Source of the DNA: Octopus sinensis
Taxonomy: Eukaryota
DNA: 64,000 nt
Assembly (NCBI RefSeq): GCF_006345805.1
Contig: NC_042999.1
Location: forward strand, 155,124,001 to 155,188,000
Direction of reading: 5' to 3'
Both the position numbers and the translations under genes were made by a program. Within the stretch, counting starts at the first letter, position 1. The number at the start of each line of letters is the position of its first letter. A model generated the notes under the pieces. It had not been told where the DNA came from. It did not search any database and saw nothing but the letters and a program-made list of their open reading frames with translations. This document shows positions 13,430-26,759 of this stretch, one piece after another.

Positions 13430-13850
13430 CTTACTGGCAGCACGCCGAGCAAAATGCTTAGCGGCATTTCGTCCGTCTATTGATCTGAAAAGATCTGAGT
13501 TCAAATTCCGCCGAGGTCGACTTTATATTTCATCCTTTCGGGGTCGATGAAATAAGTACCAGTTACGTACTGGGGTTGATATAATCGACTAGCTCCCTCC
13601 CCAACAATTTCAAGCCTTGTGCCTATAATAGGAAGGATTATTACAATTACTGTTAGCAGACTCGTTAGCACGCCTGGCGAAATGCTCAGCGGTATTTCGT
13701 CCGTCGCTACATTCTGAGTTCAAATTCCGCCGAGGTTGACTTTGCCTTTCATCCTTTCAGGGTCGATAAATTAAGTACCAGTGAAACACTGGGATCGATG
13801 TAATCGACTAGTTCACTCCCACCAAATTTCATGCCTTGTGCCTTTAGAGG
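13430..13850 (+). mobile_element. Two SINE family A copies
   Basis: Head, B box, CORE-like segment and tail at 13430-13635 and 13655-13850. Confidence 0.85.
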
Positions 13851-13869
13851 GTTATCATCATCATCATCG

Positions 13870-13918
<49 letters not shown>
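13851..13918. repeat. (TCA)n microsatellite
   Basis: Direct reading. Confidence 0.95.
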
Positions 13919-13919
13919 A

Positions 13920-15690
13920 TTATTATTATTTATTTATTTAGTTATTTATTAGTTTGTTTTCAATCTGCTTCTTTGTTACAATCACCGTGCAGAGACACAC
14001 CCAGCATCCTGGGGCGAGTGAAGGATAAGAGATGTTACAGTTTGACTGGAAGTTTGGGGAGGGGAAGTATCTTCATGTAATACAACACAACTTTAAATGG
14101 ATAGGGTTTTCCTAAGGATGTGGGCAGTACTTGTCAGCATAATTTTTTGGATTTCTCTGAGACATGGTTCTTCTGAGATCTTATCTAGATGTTTCTGACA
14201 TCCCTTTTTAATCATACATAGAGCACCGACAATAACAGGAACAGTTTTCGCTCTAAGATGAAGACATCTTTTGTATTTCAATTTCCAGGTCCTTATATTT
14301 ACTTAACATATATATATTTTTTATCAGTAGGAACACTTAGATCTAATAGTCTACAAGTATTTTCTTCTCTGTCTTTAATAATTACGTCTCATCGATTATC
14401 CTGGATCGTTCTGTCAATGTTGACTGGAAAATCCAAGAGGATAGTGACATTTTTACCTTCAACGACTGGCTCAGAGTGATGTTCATACCAGTAAGCTTGA
14501 GTACTGATTTTGTAGTGTTTACATATTTTCCAATGTAAATACTACCCTACCGTGGTGATTTTTGTATTCGTTTGGTGTCAGCACAGGACATCCTGAGAAA
14601 AGATGGTCAATTGTTTCATCAATAGATGACTCTGCATCTAGGGTTAGAATCTGCATTTAGAGTCAGAAGCGTTTTGAAGAACCTTAGCTAGGTAAATTTT
14701 TGTAAGGAAGCTTTGATCTTGTGTCGCCAATATGAACCCTTCGGTCCTGAACTTCTCAGCCACTGATGGATTGTTGCTCGGTCTACATCAGATTTCGACT
14801 TCGAAGTATATACTGTCCATGCAGAGGCTTCTGGCTCCATTGCCCTTCAAATTGTTTCTATCCTTTCCTTTTGTAGTCTGCTTGATCTGTTTTGTTTGTT
14901 TTGTGGCAGTGGCTTCGGGTTCTTCAACTATTTTAGGGCTAATGCCAAGTTTCCTTGTGAATTTGCAAGCTTCCTTGATAATAGAATGTGATTTATTGCT
15001 GCTTTCGTGTTTGCACACAAGCTGCAGCGTCCAGCTCTCTGTAGTAGATAAGTACCTGTTCATTGCTATTTTGGAGGTTTTATAGCCACAGTTCTACTTG
15101 CATCATTCCTCTTCTCCCATTACTTCTAGGTAGGTACAGATGATCAACGTCTGCTTTTGGGTGGTGCATATTCTTAGATATTAGTAGCTTTCCTGTCTTC
15201 CTGTCCAGGCGTTGGAGCTCTGTAAGATTCCAGTTAATGATGTTAAAACTGTATTGGACTACTGGAAGTGCCAGGGTGTTAATGGTTTCGATGCGATTTT
15301 TCGAGTTGAGTTCAGATTTCAATATGAGTCTTACTCCCCTGTAATACTTCTTTCTTATTTTTCTTTCGTAGTAGCATGTTGAATACCATCTCCTTCGTTT
15401 ATCCCCAGGTATTTGTAATTTTCTTGTGAGTCAAGCTCCTTGATAGTAGAGTCGATATCTAATTTAATGGAAGCTGTTTGCTTGAGCTTGCTTTAGCACA
15501 CTTATCAAGGCCAAAATCCATCCCAGTGTCATTGCTTAACCTTTTATCAGTTGTTTACAGCCCTACTAGCTCTTCGGCATTTCTAGCAAACAGCTTCAGA
15601 TCGTTCCGTATAAAACAGATGGTAGCCGATCTTTTATACCAATCAAGTAAGATCAGAAGCCATGAGAGCCAGTGCCTGGTGCTGCATCAG
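13920..15690 (-). mobile_element. Dong/R4-clade non-LTR retrotransposon (RT plus restriction-like endonuclease), 5'-truncated and decayed
   Basis: HLFYxxDLKLFAR; DFGLDKCA; INTLALPVVQYSFNIINW; MHHPKADVDHLYLPR; TVPVIVGALCMIKK...EIQKIMLTSTAHILRKTL. Confidence 0.85.
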
Positions 15691-15694
15691 AGTA

Positions 15695-16015
15695 TATTAT
15701 TATTGTTTTATGTTTGACTTTTGCTTTACATTTGTACAAGTTGGCTCCAAGTCTCACCCAGAGACCTCAAGAGACAACAAGCTGGAAGTTCATGCTGGTG
15801 TTATGCCTAGGGTGCCATATATTTGGTTTTGTACATAGTGTTGTTCTAGAGAATGTTTAAGAAGCCATAAGAAAATTATTTGTTTTAATACTTGAGATTA
15901 CATAGAAAGTATTTTGCGTAGGATATGAGCAGTTCCCATGAGGACTATCTTTTGAATTTCTGCCATTTTGGGGTTTCCTGGTATCTGAGCTAGGTAACAA
16001 TCAGCCCCTTTTGCT
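15695..16015 (-). mobile_element. 3' end of a second Dong/R4-like family
   Basis: Minus frame IPGNPKMAEIQKIVLMGTAHIL, then a distinct 3' UTR ending at TATTATTATT. Confidence 0.7.
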
Positions 16016-16104
16016 ATCATTCCTATGGTGGTGGTGATGGTGATGGTGGTGGTGGTGGTGCTGTTGCTGGTGGTGGTGGCGGTGCTAAAATAGATAATTT
16101 TAGA

Positions 16105-18575
16105 CCTTCAATGCCAAACACGAAGGTTGCGTTGTCAGAGCTAGGGCCTCAGCTCTAAGACACATTCGATGGATCTGGGTGGTGGAAGTGCAACGTGGCA
16201 AAGCCACTAATCGGTCTTTGACAGGCCGGGACGGGCTCTTACGATCCAAGCAGATGTGTGCAGATTCAGCAGCACTTTACCGAACTGTGCGGAACACGCG
16301 GTCGATCGGATGCGGGAGTGAATCGTATCTCCTACCTCGGCAGCATGCCGCACCTTTCGTCCATGGATGCAGAGTTCTGCGAAATGCCGATAACAACCGC
16401 AGACATACGGGACACGATCACTAACTGCAAAATGGAGAAGTCTCCGGAGCTGGATAGTCAGCATTCGAGCTTTATTTTCATATCCCAGACTTGTTCGTTG
16501 ATCTCTTGGTTGGTGTCTACCACAACTGGCAGTAGAAAGGGCGAATTCCTTGTGCTGTGAGGTGGTGGTGATGCTGAGAAAGTACTCAAATAAGTGGGAT
16601 CAAATATATCGTTTTAGGCTTGTAACACTGCTAAACGCAGTTTACAATATTCACGACACCCCACACCTCACGCATTAAATCATATAGCAGGTAAGTAAGG
16701 GAACTGGCATGGATGGGGCTCTGATAAATTTGGATCAATCGAAAGCTATCGATAGGGCCGACCACCAATACCGGGAAGCTGTCCTCACGGCGGCCGGCGA
16801 TATATGTTCGGTGGTCAAAGTAAATGGCCACCTATCGGAATCGTTTAGTGTTGCATATTCAGACAGTCAAGGATGTTCACTCTCACCCCTTTTGTACGTG
16901 CTGGCTCTCTCGAGCATCTGCTACGGAAGCGGGATGTTTCGAGAGGCTACCACGTGAACTAAGATGCGAAAGGTTCGTATCAACTTATTGGTCGACGTCA
17001 CTGTAGTAGTGTCGGTCCTCTCGGAAATGGAGATCATTGGCATTACCCTAAGGGAATGCGAAGCGGCAACAGAAGCAGAGATTAAACAGGACAAGTCGGG
17101 GTGGAGGGCTGCAGCTCGGCACCTGGAGAGGCATGTGCATGCCGACCGACAGCGTGGTATGGCGCTAGACGAAGGAGTGTTTAAATTGCTCAAGGTCTGG
17201 TTTGGTCCAGACCACCAGCTGGACAAGAACTTGGAAAAGGTGACGAGCGGAGTGGCCAGCCTCATCCAGAAATGGAAAGAGAGGAAGCTATCCCTGAAGG
17301 GTCGGGTGGAAGTGGAGAATGCGTACATTGCATCCGTCATCTACTATTGCCTGACAGTCGTCCCTTACTCTACTTCATTGCTGATGAAGTTGGAGCGCTT
17401 GCTCTTCTACTTTCTATGGAAGTATGGGTTCCTCTAACCAGACCGTCCATTCGCTATCAGTAGCCGCTGAGTAGAGGACTGGGCATATCGTGGCTAATGA
17501 TGCACAGACATGCGTTTCTTTAGCGGTGCGCAGGATTTGTCCGATAGGATTTTCCGCATCTTGTCTCATGAACGGAGTTACAGTCCTGGATAAAGCGTAG
17601 ACTCAGATAGGGCGTTTGGCACATAGAGTGTCAGCAAGCGCTCAGAGCCCACTGCCAGTCGAGCAATGTAGTCGGTGGAAGTGCCACGTTGGTGTTCTAT
17701 AAGGGATTAGTGGCTGGAAAGAGCGACGACGCTCCCGTGGAAACCCTGGACGTCGGGGTGATCAATTAGCTAGTGATTTCTTGAGGACTGTAAGGATAAG
17801 GTCTATGGATAATTTTCAGAAATCACTGGCCTGACAGTGCCACCGGGGTGGAAGCTCTACATGCACTGAAGACAAGCTCTACATGAACTGAAGTGCTATC
17901 GGACGGACTGACAGAAATGCCCACAGAACGATGAAACCGTTCTGCATGCACTCGTCCAGTGTCCGGCATTGTTGACTTCTGGAGCTTTGTCGAACAACTG
18001 TTACTGCGTGTAGGGCATATCCGGCAATCAACCGAATCCATCGTGAGGAATGCTCCACCACCTCTTTTTGGCCGAGGAGGGCAGGCAGTTTTTCTCTGTC
18101 TGGTGGCTATGACGAAAGTAGTGTGGTCAACGAGGTTGGAAGGACTGAATACCGATATAACCTTTTCCGGCCACGCCTTCAGCATTTTCAAGTTCCACTT
18201 AAAAAAGGAAAGTGAGGATGAAAAGGGAAGTTCTCCACCCCGCCCCAGTATTTTAGTTGAAAAATGAGTGAATGTGGTGAGGATGGCCCGTGTGAATGAG
18301 CCTACTATGAACATGTACCTATAAGCCGAACAGAATGAACAGAGGGGCACCAACCTGGGATACCCTTGGCGATCGGGGTGACCAAGATGTGTGGGGTTCC
18401 TTGGTCACCCCTGGGTGGAACTGTCTCCATTTTGGGGAATTTTATTATTTAAATTTCTTATTCTTTTTGTTATTTTATTGTTTACATGTTTTGTTTTTTT
18501 AAGCCCCACTTATCCCTTGTTTTTGTATAGCCCTTTCTGTTGCCTTCGGCCCTTGAGGCTAATATAAAAAAGATT
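16105..18575 (+). mobile_element. Tx1/L1-like non-LTR retrotransposon, decayed ORF2 plus 3' UTR
   Basis: ALINLDQSKAIDRADHQY; QGCSLSPLLYVLAL; KWKERKLSLKGRVEVENAYIASVIYYCLTV. A-rich end near 18570. Confidence 0.85.
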
Positions 18576-18627
18576 ATTATCATCATCATCATCATAATTA
18601 TTATTGTTATTATTTATTATCATTATT

Positions 18628-19060
18628 AAGGCGGCTACATGGCAGAATCGTTAGCATGCTGGGAAAAATGTTTAGCGGCATTTCATCCGTCTTTACATCC
18701 TGGGTTCAAATTCCTTGATTTTGCATTTTTCCTTTCAGAGTCAATAAAATAAGTACCAGTTGAGTACTGGGGTCAATGTAATTGATTTACCCCCGCCCTT
18801 GAAATTGCTGGCCTTGTGTGTATAAGGGAAAATATAATTATTATTTCTAATTTTGAAACAGATCCAGAAATTTTGAGGGAGAGGGCATGTCGATTACATT
18901 AACCTAGGTACTTATTTTATCGATCTCGGAAAGATGAAAAGCAAGAACTCTGAAGAATTTGAGCCCTGAATGTAAAGAGGCGGAAAAATTGCAGAGTAAA
19001 CTTTGCTTTTCATCCTTTTGGGGGTCGATAAATCGATAAACAAAGTACGTGTCCAAAATA
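18628..19060. mobile_element. Two decayed SINE-A copies in convergent orientation
   Basis: + copy at 18628-18830 and - copy at 18840-19060. Confidence 0.65.
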
Positions 19061-20014
19061 CCACGCTTTCTTTTCTTTTTTTTCTTTTTTTCTTTCTTTC
19101 TTTCTTTCTTTCTTACTTACTTTCTTTTCTTCCTTCTTTATTTCTTTCCTTTTTTCTTTCTTTTTTTCTCTCTCTCGATCTCTTGCCTCTTCTATCTCTG
19201 AGCTGTCCCATTAAGTTGAAGGTTCAGCCTTCTCATCTAGACACTTGTCTTCGGGACACTCAGCCACTTACAAAAAAAACAGACACTGAACGATCATCAT
19301 CGACAACGCCTAAGGACCCCACTCCATAACAAACAAGCGTTTACAAAACAATCCAAATTGATACTCTTTCAGTTCCGAGTTCAAATCTGTCTAACTCCAA
19401 TCTTTATAGCTAATCGATGATGGAATATCGATCTGTAACAGATGGCCTCCATCTGCCACAATCAGGAGTTATACATTCAATCAGTCCTTGAACTCCGGCA
19501 TTGTCTTACCTAGTCGTGTATATATATATATATATATACGCATACATACATACATACATTGATACATTCTTACATACATGTATTGGTGAATATACAAATC
19601 TAAGTGAAAGTCAATATGTTTGTATATACATCACACACGCGCACACACAGATACGTACATACATGCACAGACACTAATTCATACGCATACATACACACAC
19701 ACGCACGCGCACACACACACACACACAGAGTAGTAGAATATATTTAAGGATAATACACTATGTAACTTAAAAATGTAACACAATCTTGGCTGCCAAAATT
19801 AACATCATATGTTACACCCCTCCCAACACCACACAGCCGCTCCTCCCCCCTCTCTCTCTCTCCCTCACTCTCTCTCGCTATTTATCTTTCATTCTCTCCT
19901 ACATCTGGTAATATAGCTGCCAAATTATTATTGGTATTACACTATCGGCGGTGATTGATAACCAGTCTGTTTTCAAAATATAATCTATAATCTGCAAGAC
20001 TTATAACAAAAACT

Positions 20015-20325
20015 CAACGCTCAAATATACATACATACATACATACATACATACATACATACACACACGCATACATACATACATACATACATACATACAT
20101 ACTACACACACGCATACATACATACATACATACATACATACATACATACATACATACGTACATACATACATACATACATACTACACACACGCATACATAC
20201 ATACATACATACAATACATACATACATACATACATACATACATACATGCATACATACATACATACATACATGCATACATACATACATACATACATACATA
20301 CATACATACATACTAACACACACAC
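20015..20325. repeat. (TACA)n microsatellite
   Basis: Direct reading. Confidence 0.95.
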
Positions 20326-20445
20326 ATATATATAAATTAAAATTAAGGATAAAATCTATATATGATTTTATTAGTTAGCATGTAATAAGCAGTTAAGGTA
20401 AAAATTAATAGAGTATATAAAATTACAAAATTATATATTTTTTAT

Positions 20446-20546
20446 ACAGTTTCAGTTCATAGCTGCGGCCATGCTGAAGCACCGCCGTTTTTCTACACTG
20501 TTATTACTGAGAGCCTCCTCCAATATGTGGCACTTGGTGAAGAGTG
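20446..20546 (-). mobile_element. CR1-like LINE, extreme 3' end (about 100 bp)
   Basis: TCTTCACCAAGTGCCACATATTGGAGGAGGCTC...GGCGGTGCTTCAGCATGGCCGCAG matches 55995-56095. Confidence 0.85.
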
Positions 20547-21415
20547 GCTCTTCCTTCCCGTTTGAAGGAAGGAGGCGCGACAATATTGACGATAGACTAG
20601 CTGATAAACCAACTCGTCCCACACGTGACAGCAGTCGTTCGACATAAGCCCACAAGTCGGAAATGGTTGGACACTGCACGAGTGCGCGCAGTACGGCTTC
20701 GTCGCTCTGACCACATCTCGGGCTGGTCCGCACCGTGTTTCTCGAGCCATGCCTGTAGAGCTTATCCCGAACGAGTAGCACTTCTCGATAGCCCTGCCAG
20801 GCCAGGGATATCTGGAAGTTGTCCATAGGTCCCGGCCCGAAAGTCGTCTTGAACAGGCGGGTCAGATATTCCTCGTCGACGTCCAGGTTCGCCCCGAGAT
20901 CATTGTTGTACTTCCTCTCCCCTAATCCCCTATAGAAGGCTTTGGTTGTGATGCAGTCCCTCAAGGTCAATCCGGGTCGGTATAGTTGCTCGAGTGCAAC
21001 GCGACAATTGCGGTGCCATTCGCCCTTCCTCGGCCTCTTCTTGATCCACGATTGCAGTTCGGTCATGAAGACGCGTGCCGCGCAAACGGCGACCACACCT
21101 GTTCACCGTCGTTTACGTAGAGTCGGAGATGTCGCAGTCTCAGCGCATGTCTGCACCTCATCAACCACGGCGTGCCCAGCCCTCCTTTTAGCGGGTATTG
21201 GCAGCAAACGGATCTCCTGACCATCGGAACGCTTCCTTTCCACAAAAAGCGAAGACGATGCTTTCTAGTTTGGTGGTGGTGGTGGTGGGGTTGGGACAAG
21301 GCACGACGGTCAGTCGGTAATAGATGACAGATGCGATATACGCGTTCGCCACCTCCGCTCGACCTTTTACGGACAGCTTCCCCTCGGCCCATTGCCGGGA
21401 GAGAGTGGCCATCCT
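20547..21415 (-). mobile_element. Tx1/L1-like ORF2 fragment (post-RT and zinc-knuckle region)
   Basis: WAEGKLSVKGRAEVANAYIASVIYYRLTVVP; VRDKLYRHG...PRCGQSDEAVLRALVQCP. Confidence 0.85.
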
Positions 21416-21421
21416 ATTCGT

Positions 21422-21450
21422 TAGATAGATAGATAGATAGATAGATAGAT

Positions 21451-21510
<60 letters not shown>
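21422..21510. repeat. (TAGA)n microsatellite
   Basis: Direct reading. Confidence 0.95.
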
Positions 21511-21513
<3 letters not shown>

Positions 21514-22297
21514 TCGGCAGCTTCTGTCTATTAAGCAGTTACACGACATAAAAGTCCAAGCCGTGACAGCAGTTATATATAGCATCTGTGTTACGCCCAT
21601 CCAGCAATCTCTTCTAAAACTCTTGAGAATAATATCTGATTTGTTATTCACATGTATAGATCTTACAAGGAAATGGCTTTGATACATTTGTGTATATACA
21701 AATACAGACATACAAACAAACATATGTACACACACGTGTGTGTGTATGTGTACGTATGCGACTGATCAAAGGAAGCAAAATAGCTGCTAAAGCATTTGAG
21801 TTTAAAGAGCAGCTTGACCCAGTACCAGGTTAGTTTAAGCATTGTGAGCGTACAACCTGTCCACATCATCAAATTTCTCTTTGAACATCTGATGTCGTAG
21901 AAAATATATATGTGTGTGTGTGTGTGTATGTGTGTGTGTGCGTGTGTGTGCGTGTGAGTGCGCGTGCGAGTATGTATTATGTATGTATGTATGCATGCAT
22001 ATACACATACACATACTGATCAAAATTGTACAAACACAAAAGAGACAAGTGAGGTAAGAATATACAGGATTTAGTACTTTGATGCTCAGATTAAAAAAAT
22101 GGAAAAGACTTTGACGTTTCTAAAGAAAGGAATGAGGAAAAAACATAGTAAGAGAAAATGTATTTATGTGAGTGAGTACATATGTATATATATATATATT
22201 TATAATAAGTGTAGATCGTATACGAGTGGGTATATATTTATAAAAAAGAAGTTTGAAACAATTATGAACTTTCTTATTACACTTATTTTTTTTTTAT

Positions 22298-22345
22298 ATT
22301 TTTGATAAGGTTCGTTTTTTCAAGAAGAACCGAAACATGTAAAAT
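22298..22345 (+). ncRNA. Degenerate hammerhead motif
   Basis: TTT-TTGATAA-GGTTC...GAACC-GAAAC-AT-GTA-AAA. Confidence 0.45.
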
Positions 22346-22394
22346 TTCTAAGAAAATTAAAATTTATCTTATATAGTGGCGTTTTCAAACTTCT

Positions 22395-22403
22395 TTTATA
22401 TAT

Positions 22404-22471
<68 letters not shown>

Positions 22472-23044
22472 CATATATATGCATACATGTATATATATAC
22501 TATATATATATTGTATACATACATATATATATATACATATACACATATGTATATATATACATACATATACATATATACATATGTATATATTTATATACAT
22601 ACATATATATACATATATATATGTGTGTATGCGTATATGTATACATATATATATATGTATATATATATGTTTTATATAGATGTATATATATATATATAAT
22701 GTATATATGTGTATATATATATATATACATATATGTATATATATAATATGTATGTATAAGCTATATATATATATATATATATATACATAATACATATATA
22801 TGCATACATGCATATATATACATATATATATATATGTATGCATACATATATATATACATATACACATATGTAATATAATACATACATATACATAATATAT
22901 ATATGTTAATTTATATACATACATATACATATACATATATATATGTGTGTGTATGCGTATATGTATACATATATATATATGTATATATATATATGTTTAT
23001 ATATGTATATATATATATATATGTATATAATGTATATATATATA

Positions 23045-23083
<39 letters not shown>

Positions 23084-23097
23084 GTATATATATATAA

Positions 23098-23157
<60 letters not shown>

Positions 23158-23160
23158 TAT
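22395..23160. repeat. Degenerate (TA)n/(TATG)n tract
   Basis: Direct reading. Confidence 0.95.
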
Positions 23161-23169
23161 ATGAATAAA

Positions 23170-24345
23170 TGAAAGAATGGAGTAGAACGAAGATGTTAAC
23201 AAAATTCCTTTACTCTCGACATATGTTTCGAAGACAACATGGTTTCATTCCAAAGAATAAGGGTGCATTATGCAATCTTCTCATCAGGAAAGAAAGGGAG
23301 CCTCTCTCGACTATAAGACAAACAGAAATTTCGATGACTGCCTACATGGTAAACAAAACGATAATGAGTGTTTTTAAAAAAACCGTTAGAAGAATTGACG
23401 TCAAAGATAGATAGTAGGAAGAGAAGGGTTAAAGGAATAATAGGTAGGGAACAAGTGGAGAGAGAAGGGTACGTTGATTGAAAGAATGTTCGAGGCTTCG
23501 GAAAGAATTTCGCTATTGAAGTAGAGTGCACGTTAAGCTAATTGTTCAAACCACAGTGACTATCGTTATCATTTATATGAGTAGAAAGTATGTTTCTGCC
23601 AGTGTTTACATTTGTATAACTTTTCTATGAGTGTGTTTACAAGGGGAACCTTAGAGAAGAGAACTCTTCCATATTCTCTTCTCTAAGAACGAGAAGCAGT
23701 TGAGTGGGAGGACAAGTTTGGCCAGACGAACGAGTGTGGATGTGTTAGGTTAGGGGTTGGGTCGAAGGTCAAGGAAATGCTGGAGTGCACGCAGCTCTTC
23801 GTGGTGAGGGATCACCGAGTAAAGGCTCTATGTCGAGGGTGAAGAGACGTTTAGAGGAACCAGGTGGGAAGGAGAAAGAGTTGAATAAACGAAGCGCGTG
23901 GTTGGTGTCATGGATGTAAGAGGGGAGGGAAGCCACTAGGGGAAGACACGGTTAAGATATCTGGAGATGAGTTCGGTGGGGCAGTTGCAGGCAGAGACGA
24001 TGGGGCGGCCAGGGTTGTTAGGTTTGTGGATTTGGGGGAGGGAGTAAATGATGGGGGTGCGAGGGATGCGGACAATGAGGCTGGAGATGGTGGGGGAGAT
24101 GGGAGGAGGAGATGAGGTCATGGATAGTGGAGGACACAGTCTGTTGGTAGCTGGGCGTGGGGTCAGAAGGCAAAGGGCAGTAGAAGGCGGTGTCTTGAAG
24201 TTGGCGGAGAGCTTCGGCCTTGTAGAGGTCCACGCGCCACACCACGGCTCCACTCTTGTTGCACAGGGGCCATCCGGACTCCTGCTTGCGCCGTGAACAG
24301 GGATTAATCTTCTCTCTTCGCTCCTTTGCACCATATGGGCTCAAC
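23170..24345 (-). mobile_element. Penelope-like element: RT fragment, 3' region and hammerhead pLTR
   Basis: AVVWRVDLYKAEALRQLQDTAFY; YSLPQIHKPNNPGRPIVSACNCPTELISRYL; LPSYIHDTNHAL; LFTLDI...IPH..ELRALQHFLD. Confidence 0.9.
23207..23297 (-). ncRNA. Type-I hammerhead ribozyme, canonical core
   Basis: CCTTTCTTTC-CTGATGA-GAAGA...TCTTC-GAAAC-ATAT-GTC-GAGAG(T)AAAGG. About 10-bp stem I, 5-bp stem II base, GUC cleavage triplet. Confidence 0.85.
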
Positions 24346-24523
24346 TCTTATCCCCTCGCCTCTCTCCCCCTCACACCTACGTCCTCCCTCCCACCTCTCC
24401 TCTCTTACTCCGACTCCTACTTCTTCTCTTCACTCCTACTCTCCTTCTCATCGCTTCACTTCTACCCACCTTCTCCTTTCTCCCTTCATCGTGACCCCTC
24501 CCTCATAAGCCCACCCCACACAC

Positions 24524-24554
<31 letters not shown>

Positions 24555-24584
24555 TGATGTATGTATGTATGTATGTATGTAGAA

Positions 24585-24790
24585 TGTTGAAAAGGAACAC
24601 ACGAGTTAATATACATGGAAAAAAGTCAAGGTGGAAAATGCTAAAATAATTTTATAAAAAGCATTTCAGTACCGGTTTCAGTCATTGAGACTTTTTGTAC
24701 TGTAAGTATGAAAAACAACTACATCTTAGAAATATTAAAAGAAAAGTTTTTTAATAGAATATTTGCATAGTATTCAAACACAAGGGGCAT
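24585..24790 (-). mobile_element. Probable PLE pLTR fragment with a core-decayed hammerhead (24667-24702)
   Basis: CAG-TACAAAA-AGTC-TCAAT-GACT-GAAAC-CG-GTA-CTG. Stems are intact and the core is mutated. Confidence 0.45.
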
Positions 24791-24880
24791 TTTCTTGTTT
24801 ATGTCTGTCTCTGTCTCTGTCTCTGTCTCTCTTGTTTACTCTTGTGGGTTCGAGGTCGTTGTGAATTCTTGACAGGGAAG

Positions 24881-25016
24881 GAGAAGAAGAAGAAGAAGAA
24901 GAAGAAGAAGAAGAAGAAGAAGAAGAAGAAGAAGAAGAAGAAGAGGAGGAGGAGGAGGAGGAGGAGGAGAAGAAGAAGAAGAAGAAGAAGAAGAAGAAGA
25001 AGAAGAAGAAGAAGAT
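24881..25016. repeat. (GAA)n(GGA)n(GAA)n compound triplet repeat
   Basis: Direct reading. Confidence 0.95.
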
Positions 25017-25140
25017 TCCTTGGCGGGATTTGAACTCAGACTTTTATTAATCCCGAAAGGAATCTGAAATTAGAATTTAAAGAGCCGGAAGAAATACCAC
25101 TAAGCATTTTGTGCAGCGTGTTAAGGAATATATAGAAAAA

Positions 25141-25436
25141 CTAGCAGTATCGCCCGGCGTTGCTCGGGTTTGTAAGGGAAATAACTATATAAGCATTTTT
25201 AGAGAGTTACTTCCCTTATATAATAGCGAAAAAATGCATTAAAATGGAAAAACTGATGGTAAATTTTTTTTAAATCGTAGACTCATCGTAGACGCGCGCT
25301 AATACCCAGAAGGGCTCGATATGAATCACGACTATAAGATACCCGGTTTTGGTTAAACTGCACCGCAAAATGTGGGAGTAGTTAGGAATCTAAATTGTAG
25401 GAGACAGACACACAACCTCTCTTTTATATATATAGA
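25141..25436 (-). mobile_element. Complete non-autonomous Helitron
   Basis: The minus strand starts TCTATATATATAAAA and ends with hairpin CCCGAGCAACGCCGGG then CTAG. Inserted between A and T, with no TSD. Confidence 0.9.
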
Positions 25437-26080
25437 TTAATAGCTGTATTTCATTATGCAATACTATATATTACCATGCATATTAAAGGCTTATAAGTCA
25501 ATTGTGTCTCACCTTTTAGCAGTGTTTTTAATTAAAAGTGAATACAGAAAACCTTAGTTTAACGGATGGTATGACGAATTTAAGTAATGATAACAGTTAA
25601 ATAAGTATTCATGTTGCAGCGTTCTGGTTTAAATTGATAAAGAATAATGTCAATTAATATGGTTGTGTTTCTGATCCCAACAGCGTTTAAGTTACTGTGA
25701 TGAAACTGACAAGGCGAGGAAACAATATTTCCAACAAACATCATAATAACGTTAAATCAATAGCGTTTTACGCAATTTGCATAAATTTACATAAAGTTGT
25801 TATAATATATATTTTTTGCAACAAGATATATGAGGACATGACCTGACTGGGTTAATGGGAGCCGTCTTTAAGATATTTATTAGTCTTTGTGGGAAATAAA
25901 AGATAGGTTAATAAAAGATAATTATTTTATTCTGGTTAAGAAACACATTAACAGTACACCTACATGTGTCACGGCAATATTTAACAGATTGGCACTAATA
26001 TTTAATGAGGAAGTCGTTTAGTTGATTGTATAACTGAAAGACTCCATTATATGTATAATTTAATATAATATAATATGATA

Positions 26081-26450
26081 TATCAGGTTGAGTAACAAGT
26101 AAGCAATGTTTTGAAACATGAAATTCATTACAATATATTCCAGCAATGCGGAAATTTTATTCATCAAATTAAGTACTATTACAATCAACACATTTTTGCC
26201 AGCAAGTGACAAGTTTGTTTATTCCGGTAACATAAAAATCTGGAGCTCTGGAGCTGTTGAAAATCTTTGAACGCACATTCACCATTGGTTTGGTTTTTGA
26301 ACTCCTTCTCCCGCAGGAAACTATCAAGGTGCTTGAAAAAGTGATAGGCGGTAGGAGAAAGGCTTGGGGGAATAAGCTGGGTAGGGAAGAACTTCGTAGC
26401 CAAGCCCCCTCAACTTCTGGAGCGTCGTTAGTGAAACGTGTATGAACAAA
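26081..26450 (-). mobile_element. mariner transposase 3' fragment (Hsmar1-like) with TIR
   Basis: LSPTAYHFFKHLDSFLREKEFKNQ. TA plus TCAGGTTGAGTAACAAGTAAG terminal repeat. Confidence 0.85.
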
Positions 26451-26759
26451 ACCAAACGAAAAAAAAAAATGATATTGTGAGAAAAACTTACCTAAAAAAA
26501 GCAGCAGTCATATTTGAAAGTAAAATTTGAAGCGATGTATTCATAGAAGCGTTCGAGCACCGAACGATGTTTTGTGGTGTTTAAACTGTGTCTTATTCTC
26601 TGAGTTCAGTTACTACTAAAATCAACATTGCATTTCATCCCCTCCGGCGTCTATATATAGGGTACCAGTCTAGGATGGCAGAAGCGTTTGAGCACCGAGT
26701 GAAATATCTCTCGGTATTTAATCTATGTTTATTACGTTCTGCGTTCAGTTACTGGCGAG

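Noticed and set aside
24842-25033. Poly-Lys/Arg, protamine-like ORF
   Set aside because: It is a pure (GAA)n(GGA)n repeat with no other gene features.
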